NCBI GenBank assembly: GCA_002269645.1
Contig: NIVC01002046.1
Coordinates: 27,922 to 91,921 of the forward strand
Reading direction: 5' to 3'
DNA length: 64,000 nucleotides
Source: Macrostomum lignano
Taxonomy: Eukaryota
The position numbers and the translations under genes were made by a program. The notes beneath the pieces were generated by a model. That model did no database searches. It had not been told where the DNA came from and worked only from the letters and a program-made list of their open reading frames with translations. Shown here one piece after another: positions 58,596 through 64,000 of the stretch. Every line of letters begins with the position of its first letter. Positions within the stretch are counted from its first letter, which is position 1.

Positions 58596-58984
58596 TTTCA
58601 TCCTCCCTCCTTCGCTGACTCCCTCTGACGCTCTCTGATACAAGACTGCTTATAACTGTTCGTTGTTAGATTTTTCACTTTCGATCCCCATTTGTTGCTA
58701 TTCAGTGTTGTGAAACCGGTCTTGTTTCAAACATGGAGGAAAGAATAGAATGGAGTGCTAATCTGAGCCAGTAATTATTTTTATCTCGCTCGATTTTCGC
58801 TTTTAACATCCCGTTCCCCCCGTTCCTTCCTATTGGCTGAAACCATATTTTGATGCGAGCTCATACTATGCTGGGACAGACCTTTCAGAGGGAACGAAAA
58901 CGAAAACGAGACGAAAAATACTTTGTCTATGGCAGTCACGAGCCAATAGTGAAATGTGAAAAATGACTGTATTGTGAATGTGAA

Positions 58985-59559
58985 TGCCGATTGTGAAAAA
59001 TGCATCGTTTGCGTTTATCGCAAATATGCGAGTTTGCGTCCAGAAAACTGTGCAACCTGCTCTTTTTCTCTCGGCGAACAAGAATTGGACAACGGAAAGC
59101 GCTACATCCTGGTTTACTGTTGGTCAGATCGGTAGAAATACGCTGTCGACTTTAGTGCGGGACGCTGTTGCATCCGTTCGACTTGAAGGATCTGGTAGAT
59201 TTACCAATCAGAGCTTGCGAAAAATTTGCGCGACTGAGTTGCACGAAGCTGGGATTGAGCGAGGCGATATCGCCCAAGTAACGGGACATTCAAGCGCGAA
59301 AGCCCTCGAACGCTACATTGCACCATCGGTCAATCGGCAAAAACAAGTAAGTGCTGTTCTCAGTGGCCAAAGTGTGCGCCAACCAAGCGAGGCTACTAGC
59401 ACGAGTGAAAATGGAGTTACTACCGTTTCTGGTCCACCTGACAAGGTGATGAGAATTGAAGCCTGCGGCCAGTCGAATCGTGTTGTCATTTCATTTTTCA
59501 AGCAAAGATTAGTAAAAACAGGATGTAAGCAGGCTAGTAAACGGACAATGTGGAAATGA
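58985..59559 (+). pseudogene. Second, diverged, 5'-truncated Crypton-type tyrosine recombinase fragment with a frameshift near 59050
   Basis: KCIVCVYRKYASLRPENC in one frame, then QPALFL..WFT..IGRNTL..GRFTNQSLRKICAT..TGHSS..ERY..MRIEACGQSNRVV, collinear with the first ORF. Confidence 0.8.
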
Positions 59560-61545
59560 ACTTATTCAATAGGTTATTATTGCTTACTGGCAAACAGTTT
59601 GCATTCTTGTTGTAAATGTTATTGTACCAAAATTGATTGCTTTTTGTTGAAGTATTCAGCGTTTAGTTCCTGATTCTTGAATGCTCTTTTCCCAGCATGT
59701 TTTGGATATTAATGGATATGCTGTTTGAAAATATCCCTTTCTTGTCATAAAAATTGTCAAGTTGTGCCGATTGAAGGTCATTTGCTGAAGAAAATAAAAG
59801 TGAAATTTGCTGTTTCAGACAATTCTCTCTATGTAGCCAAGTGAGCAGTTAGAAGCAGCGTTTTAATTTGTCTATGGGCGAGTGAAATAAACCGTTTATT
59901 TGCACTGATGCAAATAAATGAAATTTACACTGAGACCATAGACGTTTTGCCCGGAGCAAGTGGGGGATACCGGCGCGAGCCATAGACAAATCGTTGTCAC
60001 GTGCTGCGACCGCTGATTCTTTGCATTAATTGTTTTTCTGTTTGGCGATCCTACGGATAATGTATTGCTTGTAGTAATGGATTGTTCTGCATTAAAAGTG
60101 TGAATTATGATCGTCAAATTGCTAGACAATGTTGCTGATCTCTCGCGAGCTAAAGCATTATGGGAATAAAAAAGTGCGCCTCTACGATCCTGTTCACAAA
60201 TACTTTATCTTCAAGTTGTATTGCCATAGTGGTACGACTTAGAACCAAGCAGTCTGCAGATGTGCAGAAGTGCAACAAAACATACGTACGCTCGTAACCT
60301 AGTTAGCTAGTCTTACATGTACTTTCGCAAAGTCTCTCACTGACATTTCGTCGCCGACAATTCGACCGCCGCAATTTGACCGCCTCAACGCCTCAACCTG
60401 ACGAACTTTGGAGGAGGAATCAGACGGGCCCGCCCACGGACTCCTATTCAACCTAGCTGGAGCTGCCCAAGAAGGCGAGATCAACCCCAAGTAGCTCGAC
60501 AACCGAGAGAGAGAGAGAGAGGACTGTTTAATCATCCATGGACAAAGTTAAGAGAAGGAAAACGAAGCTCTTTTTCTATAATCAGCTTTCTATCCCAAAA
60601 TTTATCCAACTCAACACATAGATTAGCAAAACCCGAATAATCTCTAACCCACACACTTAGCAACCTACTAGAACTAAGTAAACTCGTGTACAACTAGCTG
60701 GGGACTGAGTCCCAGATTTTTATTGCTTACAACCGCTCTCCGTTGCTAACCACGCAAAGACGTCCCACCGGCGGCGGGGGAAGAGGGTTAAAAATTCCAA
60801 TCGGTATAAAATAGACGCCCATCTCAAACTGGAGCGGCGCTCTTCTTTTGCGCGAGTTCAGATCCTAACCCGCTCTATTTGTGCTGGTCTCTGGATTATC
60901 AAGTTGGCTCAAATCTAAGTCTTAAAATCAATCATTTGTCTTGAAAGCTACGCAAAGCGAAATATTCGTGCGATTCAAATGCAGCCTAGATACTATAGGA
61001 GATCCCATCAGTTTATACGGTTTTCTCTGACTGCCTAATAGATCGAAGAAAGAGCTGAAGAACCCAAACCGCTAGACCCACACTATAGACAGTGAGAATA
61101 CATCCCAATAGGCACCATGAGAGAAGAATGCGTATAAAATAAATAAAAACGATGTTTAATTCTTTTTCAAAACCTAAGAAAAAATAATACAAACTTTCAC
61201 GACTGTTATAAATTAAATTTGTATATCCGTTAAATTGTATATATTTAACTTCTTGCTCTCGCTCCTTATTATGTACAAGTTATTTCTTATTTGTAATCTA
61301 TAGTATATTTATATATGTTTTTTTCTCGTTCTTTTTTACTTTTTGGTTTCACACTTGACATTGTCTTAAACGTTAACGATAAATTTGTCATTAACTTACG
61401 AAATTATTCACGCATATTCGTTAATCCGTTAGTGAAAATCTTAACGGCCGTCCGTTAACGGAAATGAAATTTTTCATTCATTCCGTTATGTTCATTCCGT
61501 TCCGTTTTCATTCATTTCCGTTACTGGTGCTCAACACAAATTGCC

Positions 61546-62112
61546 GGCAAATTGCGGCGGTCAAATTGCGGCGGTCAAATTGCGGCGGTCAAATTGCGGC
61601 GGTCAAATTGCGGCGGTCAAATTGCGGCGGTCAAATTGCGGCGGTCAAATTGCGGCGGTCAAATTGTGGCGGTCAAATTGCGGCGGTCTAATTGCGGCGG
61701 TCAAATTGCGGCGGTCTAATTGTGGCGGTCAAATTGCGGCGGTCAAATTGTGGCGGTCAAATTGCGGCGGTCTAATTGCGGCGGTCAAATTGCGGCGGTC
61801 TAATTGTGGCGGTCAAATTGCGGCGGTCAAATTGCGGCGGTCAAATTGCGGCGGTCAAATTGCGACGGTCAAATTGCGACGGTCAAATTGCGACGGTCAA
61901 ATTGCGACGGTCAAATTGCGGCGGTCAAATTGCGGCGGTCAAATTGCGACGGTCAAATTGCGGCGGTCAAATTGCGACGGTCAAATTGTGGCGGTCAAAT
62001 TGCGACGGTCAAATTGCGGCGGTCAAATTGCGACGGTCAAATTGCGGCGGTCAAATTGCGGCGGTCAAATTGCGACGGTCAAATTGCGGCGGTCAAATTG
62101 CGGCGGTCAAGT
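61546..62112. repeat. 15-bp minisatellite CGGTCAAATTGCGG(C)
   Basis: About 38 units; a 21-bp inverted copy lies at 60364-60384. Confidence 0.96.
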
Positions 62113-62129
62113 TGCAGAGGTCAATTGTT

Positions 62130-62900
62130 GGTCTCCCACTTAAAATCACCCAAAAGCCTTAAAGCTGATCCCATCGATCTCAACGAACCAACTCTTGTCC
62201 TCCCTTTCTTTGGCTATCCTTCTTAACTTTTCAAAAATAAAATCTGCAAATTGTTCCGCAACTCGCTTAATTGCAACATCCGTGTCATCTTTCGTTCTGC
62301 TAAGGTTGGCAACTTTGTCGGTCGGTTGAAGTCACGTGTTCCCTGTGCTCTTCGTACTCGTGTCGTTTATCAGTTCAACTGCTCTGATGACCAGAGCGTC
62401 TCCTACGTGGGGAAGACAAAAAGGCACCTGCACACTAGAATCAGGGAGCACTGGCTGAAACCGTCGGCTATCCAAAACCATCTCTTAGAGTGTAATAGTT
62501 GCTCCAACTGCAAACCCGAAGAGCGCTTCAAAGACATTGATCAATGCTCATTTGACTCCAAACTCCAGATACTTGAAGCGCTGTACATTAAAGCGCATTC
62601 CCCCAACCTCAACACTCAACTCCGACACAGTGGCGCGGGACATGTTCTCCGTGTGTTCTGAGGGAGGGGACACTAGATGTACATTATATACTTCTAACTA
62701 TATCGCTATCATTCCGGGCCTGCACTTTGCCTCTCGACTTTTGGACCAACAAACATGTACTTCAAATATGGATTGAATTTACACCCCAAAATTTTGTATT
62801 TATTTACTGCCGATCTCGCTCGTTTCTTTCGCTCAAAAATAAACCTGAAGATGCACAGTATCGTGCGAAACGAGTCGTTCAATTAAATTCATTAAATGTT
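62130..62900 (+). mobile_element. 5'-truncated Penelope-like retroelement: linker plus GIY-YIG endonuclease (to 62661, internal TAA at 62224-62226) and 3' pseudo-LTR region
   Basis: LPFFG..IRVIF..KSRVP..VVYQFNC..YVGKTKRHLHTRIREH..SAIQNHL..LEALYIK..PNLNTQ is the typical PLE GIY-YIG layout. No RT domain is present. Confidence 0.85.
62836..62886 (+). ncRNA. Minimal type I hammerhead ribozyme motif of the Penelope element
   Basis: CUGAAGA at 62845-62851; helix II GCAC/GUGC with AGUAUC loop; GAAAC at 62867-62871; helix III AC-GA-GU with GUC cleavage triplet at 62874-62876; helix I only partly paired. Confidence 0.65.
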
Positions 62901-63194
62901 GATTTTTGCCTTCCTATTCATCTTACTTGCCAAGCGAGCAACTTTACACCTATATCGTTTCATTTGGGAACCCAAGTTTCTCTTCTTGAAGACATCGCTT
63001 AAGCCATCTTTTTTGCAAACTGTTTTACAAACAAAGTTATAAATTCTACGAAATTTCTACTACCACTACATCGCTAACTGTTGCTCTTCAGGCTCCTTGG
63101 CCTTGGCCTGATGAAGCAGTGCATGCCAGTTGGCGCGAGTTTAACTGCCGGTTTTGCCGCTGCTCTTCATTCTGTTGAACTTTTGAGACAGAGG

Positions 63195-63268
63195 CGCTAC
63201 CAGGAGACCCGATGCTACCAGGAGACAGTGACTTACCAGGAGACAGTGACACTACAGGAGACCCCGGC
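63195..63268. repeat. Four degenerate 18-bp repeats (TACCAGGAGACAGTGACT)
   Basis: Read directly. Confidence 0.7.
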
Positions 63269-64000
63269 GCTATTAGAAATGGCAACTTAAACCGAGGGAC
63301 TCTGTTTTTAGTTTTTTTTTTTCGTTTTTCGAGGAGGCTTTTCCCCCTCCTCTTTCGCTCTGGCTTGGCGTGGAAGCGTCCAGCTTCTTTTTTGGTCTGC
63401 TGGTGGAGGACGGATCCCCCTGCTGCCTTTTTGCAGGGCAGGTGGCTGCTAAGTAGTTGGCTGCTGGCTAAGCGCTAACTACCCATCGACAGCCCATAGT
63501 TGCAACTGGTACCGCATGGTTCTCGAGGGCCGCACCTGCGGGGGAAGGCTCGGGCGTCGGCTGTCAACCCGACCTGGCGTTTGTGTGCCAAGCCCGTAGC
63601 CGGCCTCCCGCCCCCTGATCTTGTGGAGTGTGAAACGGGGGCCTGCCGGAGCCTCGCCTGGTCGCCTGGGAGCAATCCTGGCTAAGACGGTAACCCAAAG
63701 CCTTCCTGCTGTTCGCCGTGGCAGGGTAGCCTCTGGCTGACTGGGTGTATATCCAGTCCCTGAGCGGTAGGTCTGCCTTTTCTAATTTGTGTTTCTTCCC
63801 CGTTTCAGCTATTCTCTATGGATTCTGAGCAAAAATCTTTTCCGGCTAGGGAGCCGGCAACTCCCGCAGCTCTCCGTGAACCCCGCGGGCTACCCTCCTT
63901 CTCTTGTTCCCTCCAAAAATCTGTGTCCGCGCGGCCAGTGGGACACTGAGCGATGCCCAGATGGAAGGCGCCGTCGCCCATGCTCGACGACTTCCTCTGG

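Noticed and set aside
63560-63720. Twister or HDV-like ribozyme (CCAAGCCC motif)
   Set aside because: I could not assemble the required pseudoknots or catalytic nucleotides.

Overview
Eukaryotic (animal) genomic DNA with no prokaryotic organisation. GC-rich, poly-Q/A exons are separated by introns nearly all filled with their own minisatellite. This style suggests a free-living flatworm such as Macrostomum (inference only). I reconstructed four spliced genes from splice signals and family motifs: a KIF14-like kinesin-3 (+, 8446-16391), a bacterial/fungal-type GH63 (YMR196W/MGH1-like) glycoside hydrolase (-, 27963-17646), PRC1/Ase1 (-, 40298-29843) and TM9SF2 (-, 56050-48090). The first ~7.6 kb is a tandem duplicate of ~12.2-19.1 kb, holding the KIF14 3' exons and the GH63 3' exons, with its junction inside a minisatellite. 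Also present are an intronless FoxG-class gene whose invariant Trp codon is TAG, two tandem Crypton/DUF3504-type tyrosine recombinase ORFs that both carry Gln in place of the HxxR His, a Penelope GIY-YIG fragment with a hammerhead ribozyme motif, two MITEs, a tRNA-derived SINE family and about 30 tandem arrays. Almost all long ORFs in the supplied track are repeat artefacts. Exon coordinates were read by eye, and repeat boundaries are approximate.
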